From: Patescibacteria group bacterium
GTDB lineage: Bacteria > Patescibacteriota > Minisyncoccia > JAHIHE01 > JAGLIN01
NCBI GenBank assembly: GCA_019428855.1
Contig: JAHYJV010000001.1
Coordinates: 14,885 to 78,884, forward strand
Direction: 5' to 3'
DNA length: 64,000 bases
The notes under the pieces are model-generated. The model worked only from the letters and a program-made list of their open reading frames with translations, ran no database searches and was not told the origin of the DNA. The translations under genes were made by a program, and so were the position numbers. Shown one piece after another: positions 10,052 to 19,917 of the stretch; positions within the stretch are counted from its first letter, which is position 1, and each line of letters starts with the position of its first letter.

Positions 10052-10975
10052 ATGAAAAGATTGATTGTTACAAATTTTAAAAGAGTTTCGAAATCTGCTA
10101 TTAAGGATTTGACTCGCAACCTCTGGTTGAATATGGCAACAGTTATCATCGTAGTCATCGCTCTATTTACTATTACAACGATGCTGGCGATTGATGCGGT
10201 TGGTAATCATGCACTTCTGTCTTTGCAAGAAAAAATTGATATATCTATCCAGTTTGATGATGATGCCGAAGAATATAAAATATTAGAATTTAAAAAAGAC
10301 TTGGAGAATTTAGAGGAAGTGAAAAGTGTTTCATATATCTCCAAGGAGCAAGCTTTAATTAATTTCAGAGAAACTCACAAGGACAATGCATATGTAAATC
10401 AGTCAATTGATGAGTTGGGAGAGAATCCATTGTTTGCAGTTTTAAATTTAAAGTCAGCACAAATTACTCAATATAGTGCAATTAATGAATATATTCTTGG
10501 AAATGATAATTACCAAGATATAATTGAAAAAGTAAATTATAAAGAAAACGAAAAAGCGATTGAAAATCTTTCCAAGATATTGGCTACGATTAAAGATGGA
10601 ATTTTTGCTTTAACGGTTTTGTTTATTTTTATAAGTATCTTAATTGCATTTAATACAATTCGTCTAGCATTATATTCTCACAAAATGGAAATCGAGATTA
10701 TGCGTTTAGTTGGCGCGAGTAACTGGTATATTAGAATGCCATTCGTAATTGAGGGTGCTATATTAGGTGCAATTAGTTGTTTGATAACCCTCGCGATTAT
10801 ATCTCCTGCGGCCGTCTATGTTTCTCCAAGGATTACTCAATTTTTACCAGAATTTGATTTATATATTTATTTTATGGATAATTTTCTCAGTATCTCTGCC
10901 TTACTAGCCTTAATTGGAATCGGGATGGGAGTGTTTAGTAGTTTGATTGCAATTAGGAGATATTTAAAAGCATAG
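10052..10975 (+). CDS. ftsX: Cell-division permease-like protein FtsX
   Basis: N-terminal TM helix, a large extracytoplasmic loop, three C-terminal TM helices, and a position immediately downstream of ftsE. Confidence 0.8.
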   Translation: MKRLIVTNFKRVSKSAIKDLTRNLWLNMATVIIVVIALFTITTMLAIDAVGNHALLSLQEKIDISIQFDDDAEEYKILEFKKDLENLEEVKSVSYISKEQALINFRETHKDNAYVNQSIDELGENPLFAVLNLKSAQITQYSAINEYILGNDNYQDIIEKVNYKENEKAIENLSKILATIKDGIFALTVLFIFISILIAFNTIRLALYSHKMEIEIMRLVGASNWYIRMPFVIEGAILGAISCLITLAIISPAAVYVSPRITQFLPEFDLYIYFMDNFLSISALLALIGIGMGVFSSLIAIRRYLKA

Positions 10976-11065
10976 GAATTTTAATAGGGCTCAAAATAAA
11001 GACAGTTTTTTGAAGTTGTATCTCAATAGGGTTGTTTAAGTATATTCTTGGTTTATGTAATATTC

Positions 11066-11196
11066 TTGAATTACGAAATACAACATACTTGTCACCCTGA
11101 GCTTGTCGAAGTGTTGAAGTTGCAAGAAATACTACTAATCAAGATGAATTAACTTCGACAAGACCATCATGAGAAATTTAGCTATTTCATAATTCA
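11066..11196. mobile_element. MITE copy A (variant 1) with TIRs TTGAATTACGAAAT / ATTTCATAATTCAA
   Basis: It shares termini with five other copies and its internal sequence with copy B (43322-43454). Confidence 0.55.
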
Positions 11197-11342
11197 AAAT
11201 AATATACAATTTCTAAGGGACTGTCCTTTAATGGGTTGTTCGGTCTAATTTAAATTAACTCAGTAAAATGAGTTATTTTATTGATTCGCACAGGTTGATT
11301 AGTTTCTTTTTCTGTGATATAAATTATATATTGTTCAAATAT

Positions 11343-11413
11343 TCGGGGGTCGTCTAATGGTAGGACGGCAGGTTCTGGTCCTGCTAATCGGGGTTCGAGT
11401 CCCTGCTCCCGAA
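11343..11413 (+). tRNA. tRNA-Gln (anticodon CTG)
   Basis: Acceptor TCGGGGG/CTCCCGA with a U1-A72 pair as in bacterial tRNA-Gln; anticodon stem GCAGG/CCTGC with loop TTCTGGT; T-arm CGGGG-TTCGAGT-CCCTG. Confidence 0.7.
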
Positions 11414-11467
11414 CAAACAAAATATCCGCCTTAGCTAGCGGTTATTTTATTATTATCCCAATATATT

Positions 11468-11598
11468 TAATTCCTTTGAATTACGAAATGCTGTTTTCTT
11501 GTCTTCTCGAATAATATGAGAGATCTTAAAATACGGGAAATGAAACTAAATTTATTTTTAGACCATTCCGTCGCTACCGCTCTTTCGGGATGACAAAG
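11468..11598. mobile_element. MITE copy C (variant 2), truncated and lacking the 3' TIR
   Basis: The 5' TIR and internal sequence match copies D and F; the element ends at ..GGGATGACAAAG. Confidence 0.45.
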
Positions 11599-11656
11599 TA
11601 TGCTGAGTTCAGGTGCTTGATATGTTGGTTTTGATGTAATGTGCAATAGATTCTGA

Positions 11657-11818
11657 ATTACTTTGAATTAGGAAATGCTGTTTTCTTGTCATCTCGAACA
11701 ATATGAGAGATCTTAGAATATGGGAAATTAAAATAGATTTAATTTTAGATCCCTTTGTCGCTACCTCTTTTTCAGGATGACAAAAAAAGAAATGCTAATT
11801 TCGTAATTCAAAGTAATT
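11657..11818. mobile_element. MITE copy D (variant 2), complete with 21-bp TIRs AATTACTTTGAATTAGGAAAT / ATTTCGTAATTCAAAGTAATT
   Basis: Inverted termini read directly; the internal sequence is about 90% identical to C and F. Confidence 0.6.
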
Positions 11819-12116
11819 CATTAGTTCTTGACATTATTTTTTATCAGATATATACTTATGATACTTACTTACCAACTGGTAAGTAAGTAAACAAGAGACA
11901 ATAAAGGAGGAAAAAAGTATATCGAATTTAATTAAAAAAAAAGAGATATTTTTACGAAAAATCTCTTGTATAGTGTTTTTTAATTTAATTTTTCTTCGAA
12001 TAATACGCAGAAAAATTAAGCACAGAGGCTTTCGGAATTTTTTGTAGAAAAAAATATTTTTCTACACCTTTTAAAATTACAATTTTCAATATTAAGCAAT
12101 TATTAAAATATTACAT

Positions 12117-12701
12117 ATGATTAATGCCAAAGAATCAACAATGTCTACAAAAGTTTTAATCCTTGAAACCGCTGAACATCTATTTGCAGAGTTTGGTTAT
12201 TTGGGTGTTTCAATGCAGGACATTGCTAGTGCTTTGGGAATTACGAAATCGGCATTATATTATCATTTTGATAGTAAAGAAAAAATTTATTTGAAAGTAT
12301 TAGATGACGCATTTTTAGAATTCTCAGAAGAAATTCAAAAAGTAACTCTTGATAAAAAATTATCAATTGAAAAAAGGTTTCACAAAACAGTTCTTGCATA
12401 CATTGATTTTTGTTTAGAAAAAAGAGATTTGGTTAAATTAACAATGCATAAATTGTCCAATGATAATGATGGTATCGTTAAATCTATTGCTAAAATAAAA
12501 ATTAATATTATTAATCAACTTGAACCTATTGTTGAGGAATATCTTGTCTATAAAAAAAGAAGCATATTGATTAATGGCAAAATTGCGACTTACTTTCTGG
12601 TCGGTATTCTTAATGCTTTTATTCTTGGTGAGATTGTCGATGGTGGAAAAGTCTGGAAGACAAAAGATATTGTTAGGCAGATTGAAAAATTATTTTTTTA
12701 A
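12117..12701 (+). CDS. TetR/AcrR-family transcriptional regulator
   Basis: N-terminal HTH: LETAEHLFAEFGYLGVSMQDIASALGITKSALYYHFDSKEKIY. Confidence 0.8.
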   Translation: MINAKESTMSTKVLILETAEHLFAEFGYLGVSMQDIASALGITKSALYYHFDSKEKIYLKVLDDAFLEFSEEIQKVTLDKKLSIEKRFHKTVLAYIDFCLEKRDLVKLTMHKLSNDNDGIVKSIAKIKINIINQLEPIVEEYLVYKKRSILINGKIATYFLVGILNAFILGEIVDGGKVWKTKDIVRQIEKLFF

Positions 12702-12842
12702 GTTACTGATATTTTTCTTAAATGAATTTATTAATTATAATTTAATCAATCTTGATAAAATTATAAAAAATGAATTAATTACTGATAAACTTATTAGTAA
12801 AAAAATGGTTCATTAAAAATCGAGTAAAATGGAGGAATTACA

Positions 12843-13355
12843 TTGAAGGACAAGTTTAAGTTTGTATCCAGCTGTATTATTATTTTTTTTGTGATAATTG
12901 TATTGCTCGGAATATTAGGCATGATTTTTGGAGCTTTAGCGACGGGATTGATCTTTATTTCCCAAATAGTTCCAATTAAATTGGGAATTGTTCTGTTAAT
13001 GGTAATGGCAGTTACTATTAATATTATTAGCAAGATATCGCAGTCTGAAGACAACACAAAATTTTCTTTTTTCAAAGAGATTATTGTTATAAAAAATATC
13101 TCTGAAAGTTTGTTGAAAAATGGACATTTTAAAGTAGTCTATGTAAATCTTAGTGATAATATTTCTGTTATTGGATTTACCAATGGAGAGGTTACTGACA
13201 CAGGAAAAATCTTTGTCTTCGTGTCAACCACTCCAATTGCATCGACTGGTATAACTCTGCTTGTTGATTTAAAAAATATTCAGTACTCTGATTTATCAAC
13301 AAGAGAGGCTTTAATAGCAATTGTAACAGGAGGTCTTGGCTCAAAAAAGAAATGA
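12843..13355 (+). CDS. DUF502-like small membrane protein
   Basis: Two N-terminal TM helices, then IFVFVSTTPIASTGITLLVD...ALIAIVTGGLG, which resembles the DUF502 signature. Confidence 0.5.
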   Translation: MKDKFKFVSSCIIIFFVIIVLLGILGMIFGALATGLIFISQIVPIKLGIVLLMVMAVTINIISKISQSEDNTKFSFFKEIIVIKNISESLLKNGHFKVVYVNLSDNISVIGFTNGEVTDTGKIFVFVSTTPIASTGITLLVDLKNIQYSDLSTREALIAIVTGGLGSKKK

Positions 13356-13484
13356 GGTTTTCGTAGGAAAAGAAAAGGAATGCATTCTCTTACTATTAAA
13401 AAAAATAGATTAAAAGATGCATTCCGAATTTTTTAAAATCAAATTCAATTTAAATATTTATAGTTTATTTATAATTTAAAAAAT

Positions 13485-13826
13485 ATGATTTTAAACCAAA
13501 AATATATTAGTAAGTTTATTTTAGGTCTTTATATTTTGACTTTTGTATTTGCTTTAAGTTCTTCCATACTGCCTGAAACTTCGCAAGGTGCTACGATTTC
13601 TGGCTGGGGAACAGCATATGTTCCAGACGGAACTCCCACTGATATCAGACAAGCCATTATAAATGTAACTAATTGGATTTTAGGGTTTGTTTCGATGGTG
13701 TGTGTTTTGGTTGTTCTATATGGACTGGTCAGTGGTGCCGACACCATAAAATATGGACTTTTGGGTCTTGTTATTTGTGGCTTGGCCTATGCAATCGTAA
13801 TTGTTGTTTCGACTGTTATCTTATGA
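13485..13826 (+). CDS. Small secreted/membrane protein (signal peptide plus two hydrophobic helices; weakly TrbC/VirB2 pilin-like)
   Basis: The assignment rests on hydrophobicity pattern only. Confidence 0.4.
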   Translation: MILNQKYISKFILGLYILTFVFALSSSILPETSQGATISGWGTAYVPDGTPTDIRQAIINVTNWILGFVSMVCVLVVLYGLVSGADTIKYGLLGLVICGLAYAIVIVVSTVIL

Positions 13827-14031
13827 TTTTAATATAAAAATTAAGAATCTAAAAATAATTTCGAAGTAGCTTTAAAAAAACTCATAGAATAAAAAAACTA
13901 CTAGACTATATAAATCATTTAATCATATCTTTTTTGTAGACTATTTTTTACTAGCAAAATAACGAAAAAAAATTCCATTTTTTCTTATCTGGTGAGCAGA
14001 CTTATTCACAAAAAACAGAATCGAAAAAAGT

Positions 14032-14060
14032 TGGCTCCATGCTTTCGCAGGGAGCCTTTT
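14032..14060 (+). terminator. Rho-independent terminator-like hairpin GGCTCC-N12-GGAGCC followed by a T-run
   Basis: Read directly; it lies about 200 bp downstream of the previous gene. Confidence 0.4.
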
Positions 14061-14153
14061 GAAATTTGGGCAGATACTTTTTTTATGAAAAATTTAATTC
14101 GAATTATTTTGCATTTTGTGTTAAAATAAAGATATAATAAATAATTAATCAGC

Positions 14154-15890
14154 ATGAAAAAAACAAAAGACAATTTTTTAGATGTTGCTTACTTTTCAAT
14201 GGAAGTGGCTATTAATTCGGAAATGATGACATATAGCGGTGGTTTGGGAGTGTTGGCGGGTGATACGCTAAAAACTTTTGCTGACTTTAAGTATACAGCA
14301 GTAGGAATTACGATTTTACATGAACAAGGCTATGTCAAACAGAGTCTTGATTCAGCAGGACAACAAATAAGTAAATCGGTGCTTTGGAATAAAGAAGAAA
14401 ATTTAACAAAACTTCCTTTTACTATCGAGGTTCCCTTGAGCGATCATGTAGTTGTGTGTGCAATTTGGCAATATAATATTGAGGGACAATTCGGCGATAT
14501 CGTGCCTGTGTATTTTTTAGATTCTAATCTTCCTCAAAATACTGAGTATGATCGTACATTTACGAGTCACTTATACGGAGGTGATAGATTTTATCGCCTT
14601 TGCCAAGAACAGTTACTTGGATTAGGTGGTTTGATCTTGCTTGAGATGTTAAATTATAATTCTGACAAAGTTCGTATCTACCATTTGAACGAAGGTCATG
14701 CTTCTTTTGTCGGATTGGCTCTGTATGAGCAGGCTAAGAAATTATTTTCAACCCATATTGAAGTAATTGATTATATAGGTTCCAAATTAGTATTTACGAC
14801 ACATACCCCTGTTGAGGCTGGTCATGATCGTTTCTTAATTTCTGATGTTAAGCACACTCTTCCTGCCAGTCTTTTTGAGAAGATTCCGCAAGAATGCTTT
14901 TTAGAAGATAAACTTTGTATGACATTATTGTCTCTTTATTTTTCTGGCATTGTAACTGGAGTAGCGAAGATGCATGAAAAAGTAACAGAAAAGATGTTTC
15001 CAGAATATGATATCATACCTGTCACAAATGGTGCCTATCATCTGGAATGGACTCATCCAGATTTAAAAAAAGTTTACGATGAATATATTCCCGAATGGAC
15101 CATTGATCCATCTAGCTTGCGAAAAGCAATTAGTATACCAGATGAAAAAATATGGGATGCACATGTTGAGGCGAAAAAGAAATTGATAAAATATGTAAAT
15201 CAATTCTCAGAAAATGAATTTTCAGTGGATGTTTGTACTTTGGGATATGCTCGTCGTTTTACATCGTATAAACGACCCGCCCTTATTTTAGCTGATCTCG
15301 AAAAATTGGAAAATATGATTTCTGCCGTGGGAAGTTTGCAAATTATTTTTGCTGGAAAGGCTCACCCTTCCGATGAAAAAGGCAAGGATTCGATAAGGGG
15401 TATTTACGAAATAATTCAAAAACATCAGGGAAAAATTAAGATGATATTTTTAGAGGACTATAATATGGAAATGGCTAAAAAATTGGTGGCTGGAGTTGAT
15501 ATTTGGCTAAACACTCCCTTGCAAAAGTTTGAAGCTTCTGGAACAAGCGGAATGAAAGCATCATTTAATGGAGTTCCACATCTAAGTGTCTTGGATGGTT
15601 GGTGGCCAGAGGGCTGGACTGAAGGGGTGACGGGATGGTCAATTGGTAAAAATTCTTCAGAGGCTAGAATTGATGATTTGACTAGCTGGAATTTTGAAGT
15701 TGAAGACTTATATCAAAAGCTTGCTACGAATATTTTACCTTTGTATTATCAAGACCGATTAGGATTTATAAAGATAATGAAACATGCTCTTGCGTTAAAC
15801 GGGTCACATTTTAATACATATAGAATGATGAACGATTATGTCGCAAAAGTTTATTTTCCATTGAAAAATGGATTAAATAAAAAGTGGTAG
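14154..15890 (+). CDS. glgP: Alpha-glucan (glycogen/maltodextrin) phosphorylase, GT35 short form
   Basis: N-terminal YFSMEVAINSEMMTYSGGLGVLAGD and the PLP-lysine region EASGTSGMKASFNGVPHLSVLDGWW. Confidence 0.8.
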   Translation: MKKTKDNFLDVAYFSMEVAINSEMMTYSGGLGVLAGDTLKTFADFKYTAVGITILHEQGYVKQSLDSAGQQISKSVLWNKEENLTKLPFTIEVPLSDHVVVCAIWQYNIEGQFGDIVPVYFLDSNLPQNTEYDRTFTSHLYGGDRFYRLCQEQLLGLGGLILLEMLNYNSDKVRIYHLNEGHASFVGLALYEQAKKLFSTHIEVIDYIGSKLVFTTHTPVEAGHDRFLISDVKHTLPASLFEKIPQECFLEDKLCMTLLSLYFSGIVTGVAKMHEKVTEKMFPEYDIIPVTNGAYHLEWTHPDLKKVYDEYIPEWTIDPSSLRKAISIPDEKIWDAHVEAKKKLIKYVNQFSENEFSVDVCTLGYARRFTSYKRPALILADLEKLENMISAVGSLQIIFAGKAHPSDEKGKDSIRGIYEIIQKHQGKIKMIFLEDYNMEMAKKLVAGVDIWLNTPLQKFEASGTSGMKASFNGVPHLSVLDGWWPEGWTEGVTGWSIGKNSSEARIDDLTSWNFEVEDLYQKLATNILPLYYQDRLGFIKIMKHALALNGSHFNTYRMMNDYVAKVYFPLKNGLNKKW

Positions 15891-16084
15891 TGAAATAAAA
15901 TATTATAAATCAAAATAAGCATTAAAATTATTGAAAATCTAGAATTTCAAGGTCCGTTTAGATAATATCAAAAATTGATTGCTACTCAAATTGAGAACAC
16001 CAGAGTAAAAGACATTATTATTGCACTAATCTCATAATATTGGTAAAATATAAGTGTTAAATAGTAAAAAAGGAGGCAAAGCAT

Positions 16085-16750
16085 ATGAAAAACAAAAAAG
16101 AACTTAAATGGCTAATTATAACTTTGCTGGTGGCCATCATTATATATCTCGTGCTTTCTTCTGCAAGCAAGTGTGCTTTGGCAACTCAGGCGGATTTTTG
16201 TTCGGGTGGGTATACTTTTGGAATGTCTTTTAGTGCTTTCATTTCTAATATGTTTTATGTTTTTTTGGCGATGTTTTTTTGGTTTATTTCACCGATTGGT
16301 GTTTTATTCTTATTAGGCATAAAGTTGTTTTTTTCTGAGAATGCATCAAGTGTGAGGAGACATATCGCCATGTTAATTCAATTTCTATCTTTTCTGACTT
16401 GGTCTTCAGTGATGTTTATATTAATAGTTGTTTACATTGATTCAACTTCGTATCAAGTACTTGGTTCGGGAGGGGCAATGTTAAATTTGGTGATTAAATC
16501 AGGGTTAGGTTTCATGATATTTATGATTATATTGGCTTTGGCTGAAAATAATATTATAAATAGGCAGAAATGTAAATTAAAAAATGAGAAGGAAAAAATA
16601 AAGAATATTGATGAAAATAGAAGAGAAGGAAAAAATAGTAAATTTGAAGAAAATTCTGGAGTCAAGAAAGGTGGGATAAAAAATAAAATTAAGAACAAAA
16701 TTAAAGAAGAAATTAAAGAAATTATTGATAATAAGATTGATAAATTATAA
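16085..16750 (+). CDS. Polytopic membrane protein with a lysine-rich C-terminal tail
   Basis: Several TM segments followed by KKGGIKNKIKNKIKEEIKEII. Confidence 0.5.
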   Translation: MKNKKELKWLIITLLVAIIIYLVLSSASKCALATQADFCSGGYTFGMSFSAFISNMFYVFLAMFFWFISPIGVLFLLGIKLFFSENASSVRRHIAMLIQFLSFLTWSSVMFILIVVYIDSTSYQVLGSGGAMLNLVIKSGLGFMIFMIILALAENNIINRQKCKLKNEKEKIKNIDENRREGKNSKFEENSGVKKGGIKNKIKNKIKEEIKEIIDNKIDKL

Positions 16751-16773
16751 ATTATAAATTATTAATTAAAATT

Positions 16774-17385
16774 ATGGCTATATTAAAAAGCTTACAAAAT
16801 TTATTAGAAAAAAATAGTGTGAAGCATGAAGTTATTGAACACAAAACTGTTTATACGGCTCATGATAGTGCTGAAACTCAGCATATTAAACCGCAGGAAG
16901 TTGTGAAAACTCTAGTGATGAAAATAAGCTCAAACAAACATGTTTTGGCTTTAATTCCTGCGCATAGGAATTTAGACAAGAAAAAACTTCTCAAGGAAAT
17001 AAATGTCTGGCTGAAAAAGGAAGAGAGTAGGGCTGTCAAAACTGTGGAGTTCGCCAAAGAGGCTTGGATGAAAAAGAATATGAAAGGGAAAATTGGGGCG
17101 ACTGTTCCCTTTGGTTCTCTCGCCAAAATGAAGACTTTTATCGATAAGAGTTTGTTGAAAAATAAAGATTTGATTATTAATACTGGGGATTACAATAAAT
17201 CAATTAAATTGGCGACGGCTAAATTTTTAGAATTGGAAGATGTAGTGAAAGGACTTATTTCAAAAGCAAAGCCAGTAAAGAAAAAAATAAAAGTCAAGCC
17301 TAAAGCGGTGATAAAGAAAAATAAGATTAAATCAAAAGTTAAACCTCGAGCTTTCGAAGTAAAAAAGAAAAAGACTAAGATATAG
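16774..17385 (+). CDS. YbaK/ProX-like aminoacyl-tRNA deacylase domain with a lysine-rich C-terminal tail
   Basis: VKTLVMK...HVLALIPAHRNLDKKKL...VPFGSL...INTGDYNKSIKL matches the YbaK fold pattern. About 50 C-terminal residues are K-rich (KPVKKKIKVKPKAVIKKNKIKSKVKPR). Confidence 0.55.
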   Translation: MAILKSLQNLLEKNSVKHEVIEHKTVYTAHDSAETQHIKPQEVVKTLVMKISSNKHVLALIPAHRNLDKKKLLKEINVWLKKEESRAVKTVEFAKEAWMKKNMKGKIGATVPFGSLAKMKTFIDKSLLKNKDLIINTGDYNKSIKLATAKFLELEDVVKGLISKAKPVKKKIKVKPKAVIKKNKIKSKVKPRAFEVKKKKTKI

Positions 17386-17587
17386 AAATAAAAAAAACAG
17401 ACTATGTTATGTCTGCTAGTTGTTTTATACTATTAATTATCTTGTTTATGCCCTTATAAATAACTATTTTAGAGCCATCTTCGAGGCATATTATTTTTTT
17501 CCCACCTATCATAATTCTTGTCAGGGGAATGTAAGTGAATTCAACCAACGTATATTTTTTTATCACCATATATTATATATATCACAT

Positions 17588-18313
17588 ATGTCCTATATTG
17601 TTAAGGCACACAATTTACAGAATCAGGAACAGATGTTTGAAGGTCCACTCGATCTTCTTTTGGATTTGATTGAAAAAGAAAAACTTGATATTACGGATAT
17701 TGCGCTGGCTCAAGTTGCAGATCAATTTATAGGTTATCTTGAAAACTCAAAGGAAGATATTACTCCAGAATATCTTTCAAGCTTTATTTTAGTTGCCGGA
17801 AAACTTATCTTAATTAAGTCCAAAGCAATCTTGCCAATGTTGGAGCTTGAAAAGGAGGAAGAAGAGGATATTGAAGAATTGAAATCAAGGTTAAGGGAAT
17901 ATCAAAGATTCAAAAATATTTCCAAGGAGATTAAATTGTTGGAAAAAAGAAGCGAAATGTTTTATTCCAGACAGAGTTATTCTGGTATGAAAAATATATT
18001 TAGTCCTCCTGAAGATATAAGTTGTATTGATTTGCAGTCGTCTCTGGAAAATATTTTTATTAAAATGCCTCAGATTGATACGACAAGAAAAATGGTGATC
18101 ATCAATAATATTAACATAAAGGATAAAATACAATATATAAAAGATCGGATGATGCATCGAATCGAAATGACATTTAAAGATATGACAGTTGATGCAAGTG
18201 ACAAAATTGAGATTATTATAACATTTTTGGCCATGCTTGAGCTTGTAAGAAAAAGTTTAGTTGTCGTAGAACAGGCTGACATGTTTGGAGATATCAAAAT
18301 AAAGAGAATTTAA
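17588..18313 (+). CDS. scpA: Segregation and condensation protein A
   Basis: FEGPLDLLLDLIEKEKLDITDIALAQVADQFIGYL. The track ORF starts at 17420, but a 56-aa low-complexity N-extension is implausible, so the likely start is the ATG at 17588. Confidence 0.8.
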   Translation: MSYIVKAHNLQNQEQMFEGPLDLLLDLIEKEKLDITDIALAQVADQFIGYLENSKEDITPEYLSSFILVAGKLILIKSKAILPMLELEKEEEEDIEELKSRLREYQRFKNISKEIKLLEKRSEMFYSRQSYSGMKNIFSPPEDISCIDLQSSLENIFIKMPQIDTTRKMVIINNINIKDKIQYIKDRMMHRIEMTFKDMTVDASDKIEIIITFLAMLELVRKSLVVVEQADMFGDIKIKRI

Positions 18314-18331
18314 TATTAATAATAAAAAATT

Positions 18332-18913
18332 ATGAATACCGAAGCGGTTATTGAGAGTTTATTATTTATTTCAGGAGAACCAATGAGTTTCAAAAAACTT
18401 TCAAAAATTATTGAGGTTGTTGAAAGTGACATAAAGTTGGCAGCTGACAAACTGGCAGAGCAATATTCCAAGTCAAATAGGGGATTAAGAGTTATTATTA
18501 ATGAGAATAAGATTCAAATGGTTACTGCTGGGGAGAGCAGCCTATTTGTTGAAAAATATCTTAAAACTGATATTGAGGGTGATCTTAGTAATGCAGCACT
18601 AGAAGTTCTCTCAATTATTGCATACAGAGGACCAATTTCACGATCTGCGATTGAAGAGATTAGGGGGGTGAATTGTAGCTTTACAATAAGACATCTAACG
18701 ATTAGGGGTCTTGTTGAGAGAATTAGTAATCCAAATGATGCCCGAGCATATATTTATCGAGTTTCTTTGGATTTTTTGAAAAAATTGGGAATTGAAAAAG
18801 TTCAAGACCTACCTAAATATAGTGAATTGCGAGACCGAAAAATATTTGAGAAAAATAAAGAGAATATTATTTTTGATAATGTCGCAGAAGAGAAATTTGA
18901 TAAGCAAAAGTAA
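18332..18913 (+). CDS. scpB: Segregation and condensation protein B
   Basis: ESLLFISGEPMSFKKLSKI and tandem winged-helix architecture, immediately downstream of scpA. Confidence 0.85.
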   Translation: MNTEAVIESLLFISGEPMSFKKLSKIIEVVESDIKLAADKLAEQYSKSNRGLRVIINENKIQMVTAGESSLFVEKYLKTDIEGDLSNAALEVLSIIAYRGPISRSAIEEIRGVNCSFTIRHLTIRGLVERISNPNDARAYIYRVSLDFLKKLGIEKVQDLPKYSELRDRKIFEKNKENIIFDNVAEEKFDKQK

Positions 18914-18928
18914 TAATTAAAAATTAAA

Positions 18929-19885
18929 ATGATTGAAAATATTGCCATAATTATATTAGCCTTATTATCTCAGATTAATATTGTTACAGGTGATGCAGGA
19001 CTAAACCAGATATTAAATCAATTTGTAAAAAATGATTCAGTTAATGTCTCTACTAATAAAGAGAATTGGAATACATATAAAATTATTTCTGAAAATGAAG
19101 CAGAAATACGGCCTTTACCTTCTAGGATTAAAAATAATAAGATTAACATAGACTCAAGCTCGGCGATTGCCTTTGATGTGGGAACGGACTATATTCTGTA
19201 TTCAAAGGATATAAAAAAAAAGTTGCCCATAGCAAGTTTGACAAAAATTATGACATCAATAATTGTATTAGAAAATAATAATCTTGATGATGTCGTGGTA
19301 ATAAATCAAAGTGCTCTTCAGACCGAAGGAAGAAAGGTGGGTCTGTTGACAGGAGAAAAGATTACTGTGGATAATTTATTAAAGATTATGTTAGTAAGTT
19401 CAAATAATATCGCTGCCGTTGCTCTTGCGGAACATACGGGTGGGGATGTTAAAAATTTCGTTGAGTTAATGAATCAAAAAGCAAAAGTTTTAGGGCTTGA
19501 TGATACCGAATTCTATAATCCAACTGGTTTAGATGAAGTAAATATCAACATATCTACTGCTTATGATGTTGCTCAATTAGTTGATTATGCTTTAGAAAAG
19601 TCAATTATCTGGGAATATTCCAAAACTAAAAGTGTTACAGCGAGCTCTGTAGATGAAAAAATAAATCACAAAGTAAATAATACCAATCAATTGTTAGGAG
19701 TAATGGAAAATGTGATAGGTGGGAAAACTGGCTTCACGGATATGGCAGGTGAATGTTTGATGATAATCCGAGCTGACCCTAGGGATGAAAATAATCGAGT
19801 TATTACTGTCGTGCTTAATGCCCAAGATCGATTTATGCAAACGCAGAGATTACAAAATTGGGTTTGGGAAAATTATAAGTGGTAG
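18929..19885 (+). CDS. D-alanyl-D-alanine carboxypeptidase (S11 PBP5/6-like)
   Basis: SxxK (ASLTK), SxN (SSNN) and KTG (KTGFT) motifs with an N-terminal signal/TM segment. Confidence 0.8.
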   Translation: MIENIAIIILALLSQINIVTGDAGLNQILNQFVKNDSVNVSTNKENWNTYKIISENEAEIRPLPSRIKNNKINIDSSSAIAFDVGTDYILYSKDIKKKLPIASLTKIMTSIIVLENNNLDDVVVINQSALQTEGRKVGLLTGEKITVDNLLKIMLVSSNNIAAVALAEHTGGDVKNFVELMNQKAKVLGLDDTEFYNPTGLDEVNINISTAYDVAQLVDYALEKSIIWEYSKTKSVTASSVDEKINHKVNNTNQLLGVMENVIGGKTGFTDMAGECLMIIRADPRDENNRVITVVLNAQDRFMQTQRLQNWVWENYKW

Positions 19886-19917
19886 TGTTAATTTTATCAT
19901 TTTGTGAAATGAAAATT

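Noticed and set aside
12574-13075. ORFs 12574-12816 (+) and 12794-13075 (-)
   Set aside because: They overlap the 3' end of the TetR gene and the 5' end of the DUF502 gene, with low-complexity I/L/K-rich translations. The two flanking genes explain the region.
17420-17587. Track start of scpA at 17420 (56-aa N-terminal extension MFYTINYLVYALINNYF...)
   Set aside because: The extension is low-complexity with no homology expected. Conserved ScpA begins at MSYIVKAH...FEGPLDLL, so the start was moved to the ATG at 17588.
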